Shown: piece after piece, positions 30,232 through 39,178 of the stretch | Numbering within the stretch: the stretch's first letter is position 1 | Layout: every line of letters begins with the position of its first letter | Assembly (NCBI GenBank): GCA_965228855.1 | Contig: CBDDIJ010000005.1 | Span: forward strand, 1,472,001-1,536,000 | Direction of reading: 5' to 3' | Length of the DNA stretch: 64,000 nucleotides | From: Candidatus Obscuribacterales bacterium | Lineage (GTDB): Bacteria > Cyanobacteriota > Vampirovibrionia > Obscuribacterales > Obscuribacteraceae | Notes under the pieces: model-generated | Seen by the model: the letters and a program-made list of their open reading frames with translations, nothing else | Database searches by the model: none | What the model was told of the DNA's origin: nothing | Position numbers and translations under genes: made by a program

Positions 30232-31260
30232 TCAGGGGTTAAACGCGAACAAAAACGTTGTGATGAAATTGAAGCCGCAGTGCCCGATCATCGTAGTCGT
30301 CGTGTTGGTGAAACGCCTTGCGATACCAAAGACTATCGACCAGAGTGCTACCTGAATTATCAAAGTGGGCGCATGTGAAAACTGAGCGTGGAGCACTCCG
30401 TGCAGTAACGCGGCTGGAACGATTCCCAGTGCCGGCTGAAGGGCGCCGCGCGTCATGGTTTCCTCGCCGACACCCGCACAGATTGCCACGAAAAGCGCGA
30501 TCACAATTGACGCAGACAGATCGCCGCCGGTCGCGAATGTCCCGGAGTTGTATCCCGAGATCTTGGTCGCCATGTCCTGACCCGGCTGAGCGTGCGTGTA
30601 GAGCGACCAGACCAGATCGTAAACGAAGCTGAACACAATGAGCCCCACCCCAACTCCGACCTGCGGCCAGGTAGGTTTCTCCCATCCCAGGCGCTTTAGG
30701 GCGCTCTTCCAGTCACGGCTTACGAAGAGTCCAACCCCGCTGAAGCTCAACAGGACCAGACCCAGTCCGTTGTACGAAAAGATCTGAGACAGTTGAACGG
30801 GCATCGGCAATGGAATTGCAGGGAAGTCAAAGCCTCCGGGATTAATCGTTTGCATGAAGTAACCCAGCACGGTGATATATATGAACATGCCGGTCAAATG
30901 CGGAAAAGATGTTGGAATGAACATCACCCAGTCATTCAGGGCTTTGGTCCAGGACATCTTGTGACGGATTGGTCCGGTCAAGACACGCAGGGAAACCAGC
31001 CCGTCAAGAGGGGTCAGGACTGCCGAAATCGCCCTCCTTCCCCAGTAGAACAGAATGACAACGGTCGATACGACCATCGTGACCAGGACGTTGTTTGAAA
31101 ATGACGAATTGTTCGCACCAATGGTCACCAGCGACAGTTCGAACAAAATTACAAAAACGATAAGCGTTCTGATCAGCCACTTCAAACCGTTAACTTTCAC
31201 GGCGCCGTGACCAAGTAATGCTAAGACTGATACAAAGGTGACAAGAATGAAATCTGACAA
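30232..31260 (-). CDS. CPBP (Abi/CAAX type II) intramembrane protease
   Basis: Polytopic; GVGEETMTRG, HGVLH, GHCGFN. Confidence 0.85.
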   Translation of the reverse strand: MSDFILVTFVSVLALLGHGAVKVNGLKWLIRTLIVFVILFELSLVTIGANNSSFSNNVLVTMVVSTVVILFYWGRRAISAVLTPLDGLVSLRVLTGPIRHKMSWTKALNDWVMFIPTSFPHLTGMFIYITVLGYFMQTINPGGFDFPAIPLPMPVQLSQIFSYNGLGLVLLSFSGVGLFVSRDWKSALKRLGWEKPTWPQVGVGVGLIVFSFVYDLVWSLYTHAQPGQDMATKISGYNSGTFATGGDLSASIVIALFVAICAGVGEETMTRGALQPALGIVPAALLHGVLHAQFSHAPTLIIQVALWSIVFGIARRFTNTTTTMIGHCGFNFITTFLFAFNP

Positions 31261-31332
31261 GGGAAACTCCCGCAGAGGCTATGGTTACTAGGGTTCTTAC
31301 TATTTTTAATCTTGGATTGGCATGCTATTATA

Positions 31333-31361
31333 TTGTCAAGATGGACCAGTCCGGGTACATT
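31333..31361 (+). promoter_or_regulatory. Sigma70-type promoter candidate
   Basis: TTGTCA-N17-TACATT upstream of 31431. Confidence 0.55.
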
Positions 31362-31430
31362 CTATGATAGATAAAATAACTCAGGTTAGCCCGGCTAATA
31401 ACACCTGAAGTTCGGAGGTGAAAATACTAG

Positions 31431-31652
31431 ATGAAAAAACGGATTCTCGCATCAGCAATGTTGGCTAGTGTACTGGGACTCGGCGTATTTGCGACATCGT
31501 CGTTCGCAAGTGGACCGATAATTCTGGGACCGACAGTAGCTCCAGCAGTACCGGTAGCTCCAGTCGTTCAGACTGCACCGCTAAAAACGAAGATGCTTAT
31601 GACTTATCGGACAGTCAGAGCGTTCTGGCTCTCCAGAGCTATTGTTCGCTAA
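31431..31652 (+). CDS. Small secreted hypothetical protein (73 aa)
   Basis: GGAGG RBS, signal peptide ending SFA|S, Pro/Val-rich core, basic C-terminus; own promoter and terminator. Confidence 0.78.
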   Translation: MKKRILASAMLASVLGLGVFATSSFASGPIILGPTVAPAVPVAPVVQTAPLKTKMLMTYRTVRAFWLSRAIVR

Positions 31653-31689
31653 GACCAGACCGAGCTAAAAAACCTTCGGACTTGAGAAC

Positions 31690-31725
31690 AGGTCACCCAT
31701 TGATGCGTGGGTGGCCTTGTTGTTT
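31690..31725 (+). terminator. Terminator-like hairpin
   Basis: AGGTCACCCA-N8-TGGGTGGCCT then TGTTGTTT. Confidence 0.6.
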
Positions 31726-31872
31726 GATCAATTTTCACCCGTTAAAAGTCTTGGGAATGAATATGCCTTTTGGGAATCTCGCGACCCTAAGGCAAAACTT
31801 CAAGGTCAGCAAACTCGCAAAGAACTCGATTCGGGCGTCAAAGAAGCCGATTGCCACACCGAAACCTCAACG

Positions 31873-31909
31873 AAAAAGCGGCAGGTCGCATTTGCATACC
31901 CGCCGCTTT
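31873..31909 (-). terminator. Rho-independent terminator after the FtsB-like gene
   Basis: Minus strand AAAGCGGCGGGT..ACCTGCCGCTTTTT. Confidence 0.7.
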
Positions 31910-31929
31910 CATTCCGTTCTCAGACCGCG

Positions 31930-32223
31930 CTATTTGGCGATACGAATGATTACTTCGTCGGTCCCTGCCAGATTTAGCCTCTCGCGTGCAAGACGCTCTA
32001 TACCGGCGGAGGAGCGGTAGCTGGAAAGACCGTCGCGGAGCTCCTTATTGATCTCCTCGGCTTGCGCCTCGCCTGCTTTGAGCGCGAGCGTTTGTTTATG
32101 CAAGAAAATCTGTCTATCAACACTTGCGTGTATCGCCCTGCCGACCTGAAAGACCGCCAGCAACGTCACAGCCATGATACCGAGCTGTTTGAATAAACCG
32201 ATTTTGTTGTTCTTTTCGCTCAC
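31930..32223 (-). CDS. Septum formation initiator family protein (FtsB/DivIC-like)
   Basis: One TM, coiled coil, IERLARERLNLAGTDEV. Confidence 0.8.
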   Translation of the reverse strand: MSEKNNKIGLFKQLGIMAVTLLAVFQVGRAIHASVDRQIFLHKQTLALKAGEAQAEEINKELRDGLSSYRSSAGIERLARERLNLAGTDEVIIRIAK

Positions 32224-32324
32224 GCGTATTGCACCGCTCTTTGTTGAACCGTCTGCAATGAGTCTACCAGTATGAAAAAATTCGTCTACTGGAAACCCAA
32301 TCAGATGGAATTATTCTTCACTCA

Positions 32325-33806
32325 CTAAACTCCAGCTTTTAGCTTTTCACTTTTGGAGTCTACCTTTACGCTGCCCCCATCGAGTTCGTCGATTATTTTT
32401 TGAGACTGCACATTGAAGTCTTTAGCGATACGCTCGACTTGCTCCTGTGAAGTGCCCTCGAAGTAGAGGCGGACCAGCGGCTCGGTGCCGCTTGGACGAA
32501 TTAGCATCCAGTTGTAGTCGTCGAAGTACAGTTTTAAACCGTCCTTTTTGCCGACCTTTACGACTTTATGACCGCCAATCTCCTTCAGAGGATCGTTGAT
32601 TAAACGCTCCATGAGCCCTTTCTGAGTGCTCTTTGTCAGCATCAAGTCACCGCGCAGGAAGAAGAATTGCATCTCTACTTCTTTCTGGAGGTCTTCCCAG
32701 ATTTCGGAAAGGGGTTTACCTTCGTAAGCCATCATTTCGATGATAAGCAGGTTTGCGAGGATTCCGTCCTTCTCAGGAATGTGACCTTTGACCGACAAAC
32801 CACCGGATTCTTCACCACCGATCAGGATATCGCCTCTGCGCATCTCTTCGCCGATAAACTTGAAACCGACCGGCGTTTCGATGATCGGCAATCCGTATAA
32901 TTCACCGAGGCGATCAAGCAAATGAGTGGTGGCAACCGTGCGAACGATCGAGCCTTTTTGTCCACGGTTTTTGACCATGTGGCGCGTGAGCAAGCACAGA
33001 AGCTGGTTCGGTGAGAGATAGTTGCCTTGCTCGTCAATTACCGCGAATCGATCGGCATCACCATCGGTGGCACAACCGACATCGAGTTTTTCGGTTTTCA
33101 CCATTCCAATCAAATAGCGAAGATACTGTTTCTTGGGCTCAGGCATGCCTCCGCCGAACAATGGATCGCGCCAGTCATGAAGCGCTTTCACCGAGACGCC
33201 CCACTGTTTGAGGAGATGATCGAGGTAGCCACGGCTTGTGCTGTATAGCGCGTCATAGCCGACTTTCAAACCAGCCTGACCGATTTTTTTCATATTGATG
33301 AACTGACCAACTGCCGCCAGATATGGTGGCTGAGGATCGAAGTGGGGAACTTCCTCTTTTGAGTACGGAATAACTTCCGGAGTATGGGCCAAGTAAGACA
33401 GCATCTTCTCGGCAATCTCATCAGTAGCCGGTCCCGCGTACTCAGGAATGTATTTTATTCCGCAATACTCAGGAGGATTATGGCTAGCAGTCAAATGAAT
33501 CGCGCCTGCAGTTGGTTCGTGTTGCGTTGCCCAGGCGATACATGGAGTTGGAACGTCGCGACTGGAGACCTTTACAGGAACGCCCATTTCCATTAGAACC
33601 TGAGCGGCGCGCTCGGCGAATTTGTCAGCGAGAAATCTGGTGTCGTAACCGATTAAAACCGGAACTTTATAGTCGGCACCTTTGTGGTAGTTTTCCTTGA
33701 CGTACAGACCCACGGCATAAGCGATACGTTCAACGTTATGGAAGGTGAACTGATCTGCGATTAACGCTCGCCAGCCATCCGTGCCGAACTTAATTACCTC
33801 TGTCAT
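32325..33806 (-). CDS. Phosphoglucomutase/phosphomannomutase family protein
   Basis: IKFGTDGWR, TASHNP, DGDADR, GGEESGG, RPSGTEP; start reset to MTEVIKFG. Confidence 0.95.
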   Translation of the reverse strand: MTEVIKFGTDGWRALIADQFTFHNVERIAYAVGLYVKENYHKGADYKVPVLIGYDTRFLADKFAERAAQVLMEMGVPVKVSSRDVPTPCIAWATQHEPTAGAIHLTASHNPPEYCGIKYIPEYAGPATDEIAEKMLSYLAHTPEVIPYSKEEVPHFDPQPPYLAAVGQFINMKKIGQAGLKVGYDALYSTSRGYLDHLLKQWGVSVKALHDWRDPLFGGGMPEPKKQYLRYLIGMVKTEKLDVGCATDGDADRFAVIDEQGNYLSPNQLLCLLTRHMVKNRGQKGSIVRTVATTHLLDRLGELYGLPIIETPVGFKFIGEEMRRGDILIGGEESGGLSVKGHIPEKDGILANLLIIEMMAYEGKPLSEIWEDLQKEVEMQFFFLRGDLMLTKSTQKGLMERLINDPLKEIGGHKVVKVGKKDGLKLYFDDYNWMLIRPSGTEPLVRLYFEGTSQEQVERIAKDFNVQSQKIIDELDGGSVKVDSKSEKLKAGV

Positions 33807-33883
33807 TACGTTTCCAATCCCCCATAGTAATCTCGCACATTTTGTCATTGCGGCGCCCCCGACGGGGAGCCGGGCGTGGCTCG

Positions 33884-35749
33884 TTAGAGAGCCGATAAAT
33901 ACTGAGCTATATATCGATGAACAGCTTCCCAGGCGGTTCCTGCCTGCCGACGCCCCACCCATTCGCGCTCGACTTGTCGAGAACCAGCTGGCCAAATCCT
34001 GGACGGACGCAGGGTCGCCAGGTCTTCATCGTTGTTGAATTGAATCATAGAGCCGTCGCGACCGTAGAAGCGAAACTTACTAGCCTCGGTGCTCGCGAGC
34101 CAATCTCCAAACCGGCGGTATCCGGCCGGCTGACTCTCCTGAAGCTTTTGAAACCGCGTAACCATGCGGAAGCCATCGCTGGTGAGAAGGGCAGTCAAAC
34201 TGTTCCAAGCACCGCTTGCGTCCTCGAGAATTCGGCGCTCAATATGAATGCCGCGCAGTACATCAAGGCTCCAGAACTGTCCGTCGAACTTTCTGATACT
34301 CACACATCCATTCGCGTCGACTGTCATCGAATCGCCCTGTGCGCGCACCGCTCCATGCTCATCGCGCACCACGACACCATGCCGGTCCTTGATGCCGGTA
34401 GTGAAAATTTTTCCTCTTGCATCGGACCGCACAAACGATTTGAAGTGCCCCTTCTCATCGTAAGAGCAGCTCATCGTCGCGCCGTCGAAGGCGCGCACTT
34501 CGGTCACTCGACCAACTGCATCTTTGATGATGAAGGAACCGTCGCGGTAGACCTCGCGCCGCATGCCGGCAGCCATTGCGATAACGGTTACCGACTCTAT
34601 ACGACGAACCTCTTTTGTTCTTTTACGTGATTGCAGCTGTTTTTTCGCAACCGCCCCACGAAGATTGCGCGCGCCGAAGTCAGGCATGGTTTCTTGATTA
34701 GAAGAGAAAGCGAGATTTCCCTCACTGGTGAACTCAGCGGTTTGCTCAACGCTTTTTTTGTTGCGATAGTTGCGCACCAATTCTTCCCGCCGTTTAGCAT
34801 GGAAATCGGCATGCGGCAATTCATCAGCTTCTTCAACATGCTCGACGTGCTCTCTGTCGAACCACTCGTTGAGCAAAACCGCCAGATGCGAAATAAACTC
34901 GTCACCCTCTTTTTCGACTGCCGGATTATTGGCGAGCAGTTCCGCCGCGCGCTCGTTCATCGAGACTGGCTCGACATCAACCTTCGGAACGTGCGTGCCA
35001 CGATGAATGTTTTGGGCGATCTCGCTCACAACTACGCTATCAACTTCGTAAACCACAGCGGACTCGCTATGAGTCTCCAGGTCCTGGGGACTACTCACGA
35101 TCAGTTGATCGATAAACGCCTGACGCTGTCGCGAAGCTCTCGCCATCAACTCGGCGAGTTCCTCTTCGGGAGCCGTTTGGCAAGCCTCGGCAAGCGCCTG
35201 GATGTCATCGAGCACTTCGTTAGCATTTCCAAAGTCGAAATGCTGATGGGTTTGAACGTGCTGTACTGCTTCGACCGGACCGGCAACAGTCTCATCGATA
35301 GTGATGGCGAACGGAAGATCTTCCAGCGCCGACACAGGCGCATTCGGTTGCAGCCAGTCCCATTGATTCTTTGCCGCAGGATCGAAATTGTGTTGCGCAG
35401 GTGGATTGAAGTTCGTTTGACTCGCGTCAAAACCTCTGCTCAGATTTTCGGATAACGCCTGCGAGTGCGTTCCTCCAGCCTGACTGTTTTTTCGCTGAGC
35501 GCTATCTATAAGACGTCGATTGACTATCGAGGGAACCTGAGCAAACTTCGGAACCGGCGTGTTGTCCAGAAGTGCACGCTCACCTTGTGAGGCGCTTTTC
35601 GAAAGGAAGTTCAGCAGACGGCGATATTCGGCACCACCGGAAGACCGGACCGCGCGACCAGAGGCACGCAATTTGTGCCGTGGTAATTCAACGGGGAGAC
35701 ACAACCCATCGGGCTCCAAAGACATCGTCCGCTCATCCCCAAACCGCAT
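33884..35749 (-). CDS. Hypothetical protein; acidic low-complexity middle, beta-rich YD-repeat-like C-terminal domain
   Basis: 621-aa ORF; DAVGRVTEV..SYDEKGH..DEHGAV..DANG repeats; start uncertain. Confidence 0.7.
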   Translation of the reverse strand: MRFGDERTMSLEPDGLCLPVELPRHKLRASGRAVRSSGGAEYRRLLNFLSKSASQGERALLDNTPVPKFAQVPSIVNRRLIDSAQRKNSQAGGTHSQALSENLSRGFDASQTNFNPPAQHNFDPAAKNQWDWLQPNAPVSALEDLPFAITIDETVAGPVEAVQHVQTHQHFDFGNANEVLDDIQALAEACQTAPEEELAELMARASRQRQAFIDQLIVSSPQDLETHSESAVVYEVDSVVVSEIAQNIHRGTHVPKVDVEPVSMNERAAELLANNPAVEKEGDEFISHLAVLLNEWFDREHVEHVEEADELPHADFHAKRREELVRNYRNKKSVEQTAEFTSEGNLAFSSNQETMPDFGARNLRGAVAKKQLQSRKRTKEVRRIESVTVIAMAAGMRREVYRDGSFIIKDAVGRVTEVRAFDGATMSCSYDEKGHFKSFVRSDARGKIFTTGIKDRHGVVVRDEHGAVRAQGDSMTVDANGCVSIRKFDGQFWSLDVLRGIHIERRILEDASGAWNSLTALLTSDGFRMVTRFQKLQESQPAGYRRFGDWLASTEASKFRFYGRDGSMIQFNNDEDLATLRPSRIWPAGSRQVEREWVGRRQAGTAWEAVHRYIAQYLSAL

Positions 35750-35851
35750 GCCCCATTCGGAGCGCCTGCGTTAGCCATATTCGGCAATATATTAACATTC
35801 AACCCGCCGAAACGCAGCTGAGAATAACGTTACCGAAATTTCTACGAAAGT

Positions 35852-36268
35852 CTACTATATCCCAGCGTATCAGCCAAGTCCAGCAAGCTCGAAGCAGTGG
35901 GGCTTTCGAGGCATCTACTATATCCCGGCGTATCAGCCAAGTCCAGCAAGCTCGAAGCAGTGGGGCTTTCGAACGCATCGGCAACTCAAGCACCTCGCAA
36001 AGATGGACTTTGGCTATCCCACAGCGCCGGAATTCGCGAAAAGCGTCATTCCAGGATAGCCAAAACATTCCTACTATATCCCAGCATATCAGCCAAGCCC
36101 ATCAGACCCGACCAGTTGGGGCATTTGACAGTCTCGGCATTTCCAGCACCTCGCAAAGATGGACTTTGGCTATCCCACAGCGCCGGAATTCGCGAAAAGC
36201 GTCATTCCAGGATAGCCAAACATTCCTACTATATCCCGGCGTATCCGCCAAGTCCGACAGTCCGACAA
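35852..36268. repeat. Mosaic intergenic tandem repeat: 30-bp motif x4 (spacing 63/156/155) and an ~80-bp hairpin segment x2
   Basis: CTACTATATCCCRGCRTATCMGCCAAGYCC at 35852, 35915, 36071, 36226; TTTGGCTATCC..GGATAGCCAAA at 36009-36064 and 36165-36220. Confidence 0.92.
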
Positions 36269-36289
36269 GCTCGCGACAGGCTGACGCCG

Positions 36290-37114
36290 CTAATACTTGG
36301 GCGGCGGTGTTTCGGTCGAAAGCCAGCCACGGACCTGTAGCGACTCCGCCATCCGGATGCCGGTGGTGCGCTCGTCGAACATCGCGACGGCAAACTGCCC
36401 CATCGTGATTTTGTTCGCAGACAGCAAGTATTCTGCCAACTGCAAAGACTTCATTTCCGGATCGGTGACATAGCCGGCTTGCAGAACCAGGTCCACCAGC
36501 GGAATATCCGGATAGAGATTCATCTGGTTCTTCAACGCCTGAACTTCGGCTGGACCGATGAATTGCGCCTGCTTGAGCAGGTCGATGAGCATCGGAACAG
36601 ACTCTTGCAGCGGCTGCGTCGTAACCATTTGACGCTCGGCAATTTGCTCGACCACCGGCGCAACCGGCATCGGCGCCTCGATCATCTCGAGCGTTCCATC
36701 CTCAGGAATCACATGGCTCTCAACCAGTGCGCCCCGCGCCACGATCAGGTCGTGACTGAGCCTCAAACGCGGCTTTCTCAGAATGAAACCGGCGTTGAGC
36801 AAGCGATAATAATCTTCTTTCAGATCCTTCGGCGACGGATGCTCGCGAAGGAAACGCTTGATCGCCTTGAAATACGCAGCCAGCACCATGCTGGGATTCA
36901 CGTCACAAGCGATTTCCAGCAAGTCGTAGTAGTTGCTTGGGATGTCTACTTGCTCGCTCTTGGGCGGCGGCAACAAGTCAGGAAACAGCTGATACAGCTC
37001 CTGACACGCTTTGACCATGCCAGTTGCATCAGTGTCAGCCCAGCTTTGACGCAAGGCGGCACAGAGAATCTGGCTCTCGAGTTCTATCCGGTTTGCTCCA
37101 CCAGGACTAGCCAT
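36290..37114 (-). CDS. Degenerate J-domain fused to MshEN/T2SSE_N-like repeats
   Basis: NYYDLLEI..AAYFK..HPS..LRKPRLRLSHD; LIDLLKQAQFI, LVDLVLQAGYV, RMAESLQVRGWL. Confidence 0.65.
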   Translation of the reverse strand: MASPGGANRIELESQILCAALRQSWADTDATGMVKACQELYQLFPDLLPPPKSEQVDIPSNYYDLLEIACDVNPSMVLAAYFKAIKRFLREHPSPKDLKEDYYRLLNAGFILRKPRLRLSHDLIVARGALVESHVIPEDGTLEMIEAPMPVAPVVEQIAERQMVTTQPLQESVPMLIDLLKQAQFIGPAEVQALKNQMNLYPDIPLVDLVLQAGYVTDPEMKSLQLAEYLLSANKITMGQFAVAMFDERTTGIRMAESLQVRGWLSTETPPPKY

Positions 37115-37159
37115 TCTCTGCTTAAAGGCCTCCGCTAAAAACTACTGCCGCTCTAAAAC

Positions 37160-37612
37160 CTAGTGATTCTCTACTTCGAAGGTCAACTCCGTATGCCCAA
37201 CCCGGATTTTATCTCCGGCGGACAGCATCTGGCGTTTAACGACCGGATGACCATTGAGTAGACTACCATTTGTTGAACCCAAATCCTCTATCCAGAAGTC
37301 GCCTTCCTCATAGGTGATCCAGGCATGGTGCCGCGAAGTGAACGTGTCGTCCGGTATGACGACTTGATTGGAAGGGTCTCTACCAATCTTCACTTTCGTG
37401 CTTCGCAGCGGAATTTTCTGCCCCGTCTTTTGAACGATAACAGACACCGCTCTCGGCATACTAGTGTCTCGGTCGCCCTCGGCTTTCAAGTAGTCGCTCT
37501 GGAGACTCTTCAAATCGAGGTCCGTAACCGTCGCGCAGTACACGCAACGCTCTCCCTCGGGCGTTGGTCGCCCGCAACTAGGACATGGTTCGGTGGTTGT
37601 GTTCATAGTCAT
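37160..37612 (-). CDS. Zinc-ribbon plus FHA domain protein
   Basis: CPSC..CVYC; IGRD, SRHHA, DLGSTNGS. Confidence 0.92.
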   Translation of the reverse strand: MTMNTTTEPCPSCGRPTPEGERCVYCATVTDLDLKSLQSDYLKAEGDRDTSMPRAVSVIVQKTGQKIPLRSTKVKIGRDPSNQVVIPDDTFTSRHHAWITYEEGDFWIEDLGSTNGSLLNGHPVVKRQMLSAGDKIRVGHTELTFEVENH

Positions 37613-37810
37613 TTCGAAATCCTATACCCGCCCGACGGGCCAGTCCAAATCGCAAGGAAGGGACAAACTTCCGAATATTATACGGGACGGACAATTCAAA
37701 GTTGGCTTGGCATCCCAAGTCTCTACATACTAATATTCGTTCTTAGCAAATACACCCAATTAGAGCATGCCCCGCTCGGCGGCTCTGATATCAGGGTATC
37801 CGGATAGATT

Positions 37811-38110
37811 TTAGCTCCGCAGGTCAGAATCGGACAGGCTGGGCTTTTCAGCCTCTTCCCTGTGTATGCCGATAAGTTTGAGGACCTCGATATTCTCACC
37901 GTACATTTTTCGGATGATCGCAATGTCGTCAGCCGTCGCTGTTTTCAAAAACAGTTTCAAAGAATCCAATTTCTCCTGACTCATCTTGCGCTCGACAAAC
38001 TTAACCTCGCGACTTTGGTCTTCGTCGATTGCACGATTTCGACCGTCATCCGACGGGGGCGGTCCAGTGAAATTTGAAGGGGAAGAATTCCCGGCATTCT
38101 CGTCTGCCAC
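37811..38110 (-). CDS. Small hypothetical protein
   Basis: 99-aa ORF, AAGGA upstream, helical acidic sequence. Confidence 0.6.
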   Translation of the reverse strand: MADENAGNSSPSNFTGPPPSDDGRNRAIDEDQSREVKFVERKMSQEKLDSLKLFLKTATADDIAIIRKMYGENIEVLKLIGIHREEAEKPSLSDSDLRS

Positions 38111-38314
38111 GGCTTATACAATCCTTTCGTGTACGCGTAAGCCAATTTTACCCGCAAAATAGTAGTCGCACTCACTCTCATCATCAAGCCACTTAACAAC
38201 GGGTTTGCCGCCTACGCACTAGGGTTAACCCTTGCGACTTTTGATATGGAGGTTTTCCCTCGGCGAATCAAACAGTCGCAACTCCACGCACCCATGGAAA
38301 ACCCCATATGCAGA

Positions 38315-38341
38315 GACGCACCGTGCGGAACACGATGCGTC
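38315..38341 (-). terminator. Hairpin after the zinc-ribbon gene
   Basis: Minus strand GACGCATCGTG-TTCCG-CACGGTGCGTC; weak U tail. Confidence 0.5.
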
Positions 38342-38373
38342 ATTTGAAATCATTATTCAGTTGTTCGTTTCGC

Positions 38374-38718
38374 TTACGCTGTGGCTATTTCCACATCGGT
38401 CGTAACGTCCTCAGGACTTTCGACTTTATCGTCTTCCTCTAGCTTCTTGGTGCGGAAGCAGTAGCTACAGTAGACCGGTCTATAACCTTTCGGCTGAAAC
38501 GGCACTCTCGTGGGCGATCCGCACTCGGCACAACTGACTTCAGCAGTCTTTGTGGGGTCGTCTCCGTTTCTCATTACACGCATCAAAATCCGACAATTCG
38601 GACAGCGCTTGGGCTCATTAATCAGCCCTTTTTCGCTGAAAAATTCCTGCTCTCCAGCGGAGAAAACGAAGAATTTTCCGCAATCACGACACGTAAGCTG
38701 TTTGTCATCGAACACCAT
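38374..38718 (-). CDS. Zinc-ribbon (zf-trcl) plus CxxC-x17-CxxC protein
   Basis: DKQLTCRDCG..FSAGEQEFF..KG..NEPKRCPNCR; CAECG..VPFQP..RPVYCSYCF. Confidence 0.9.
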   Translation of the reverse strand: MVFDDKQLTCRDCGKFFVFSAGEQEFFSEKGLINEPKRCPNCRILMRVMRNGDDPTKTAEVSCAECGSPTRVPFQPKGYRPVYCSYCFRTKKLEEDDKVESPEDVTTDVEIATA

Positions 38719-39178
38719 ATTGGGCAACCTGTGAATCGATAGGGGTTCTCCTTAGCGCCGGAGAACTCAGATATCGAGATTCCGTCGCTATGACTGCATA
38801 TTTCGGCAGTCTAGCCCATGCTAACATGACTTATCCGAACCCGGACCACGAAACGGCGCGAGTATAGGGGAATTGCTATAGAAATATGGCAGTCCCCATA
38901 GGCATTATGACGACGGCATGTCGAAGTCGTGATCGCAAGATGGGCTACAAAAGCGCATCGGCATAAGATGTTTATCCGTCATGATTCAACAAGCTTTCGG
39001 ATCCTCGCAGACCATGCGCCTTAAGACTTTGCAGCTTCTTGCCAATTCGACGCAGACTTCTCGTAAACGACAAAACACGCGCATCACGCGCACATGCAAT
39101 TTTCTCTGAAGTGAAAAAACATCCGCACTATTGAAAGCTTGCGGAAATCGTTGCGGCAACTGGGTTTACGGGTCTACC

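Noticed and set aside
31682..32020. ORFs 31682-32020 and 31711-31977
   Set aside because: Span two terminator hairpins and overlap the FtsB-like gene; no RBS or motifs
32325..33995. 556-aa version of the phosphomannomutase
   Set aside because: Extension overlaps the upstream gene; family similarity begins at MTEVIKFGTDG (33806)
35852..36268. CRISPR array (30-bp repeat with 33-bp first spacer)
   Set aside because: Intervening sequences are identical or homologous to each other, spacing is irregular (63/156/155), and no cas genes are in the window
35572..36408. 278-aa plus-strand ORF (and 35799-36068 minus ORF) across the repeat
   Set aside because: Overlaps two opposite-strand genes, no RBS; open frame is explained by unit lengths of 63 and 156. 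Substitutions show a mild third-position skew (about 10 of 21), so a decayed coding origin is not excluded
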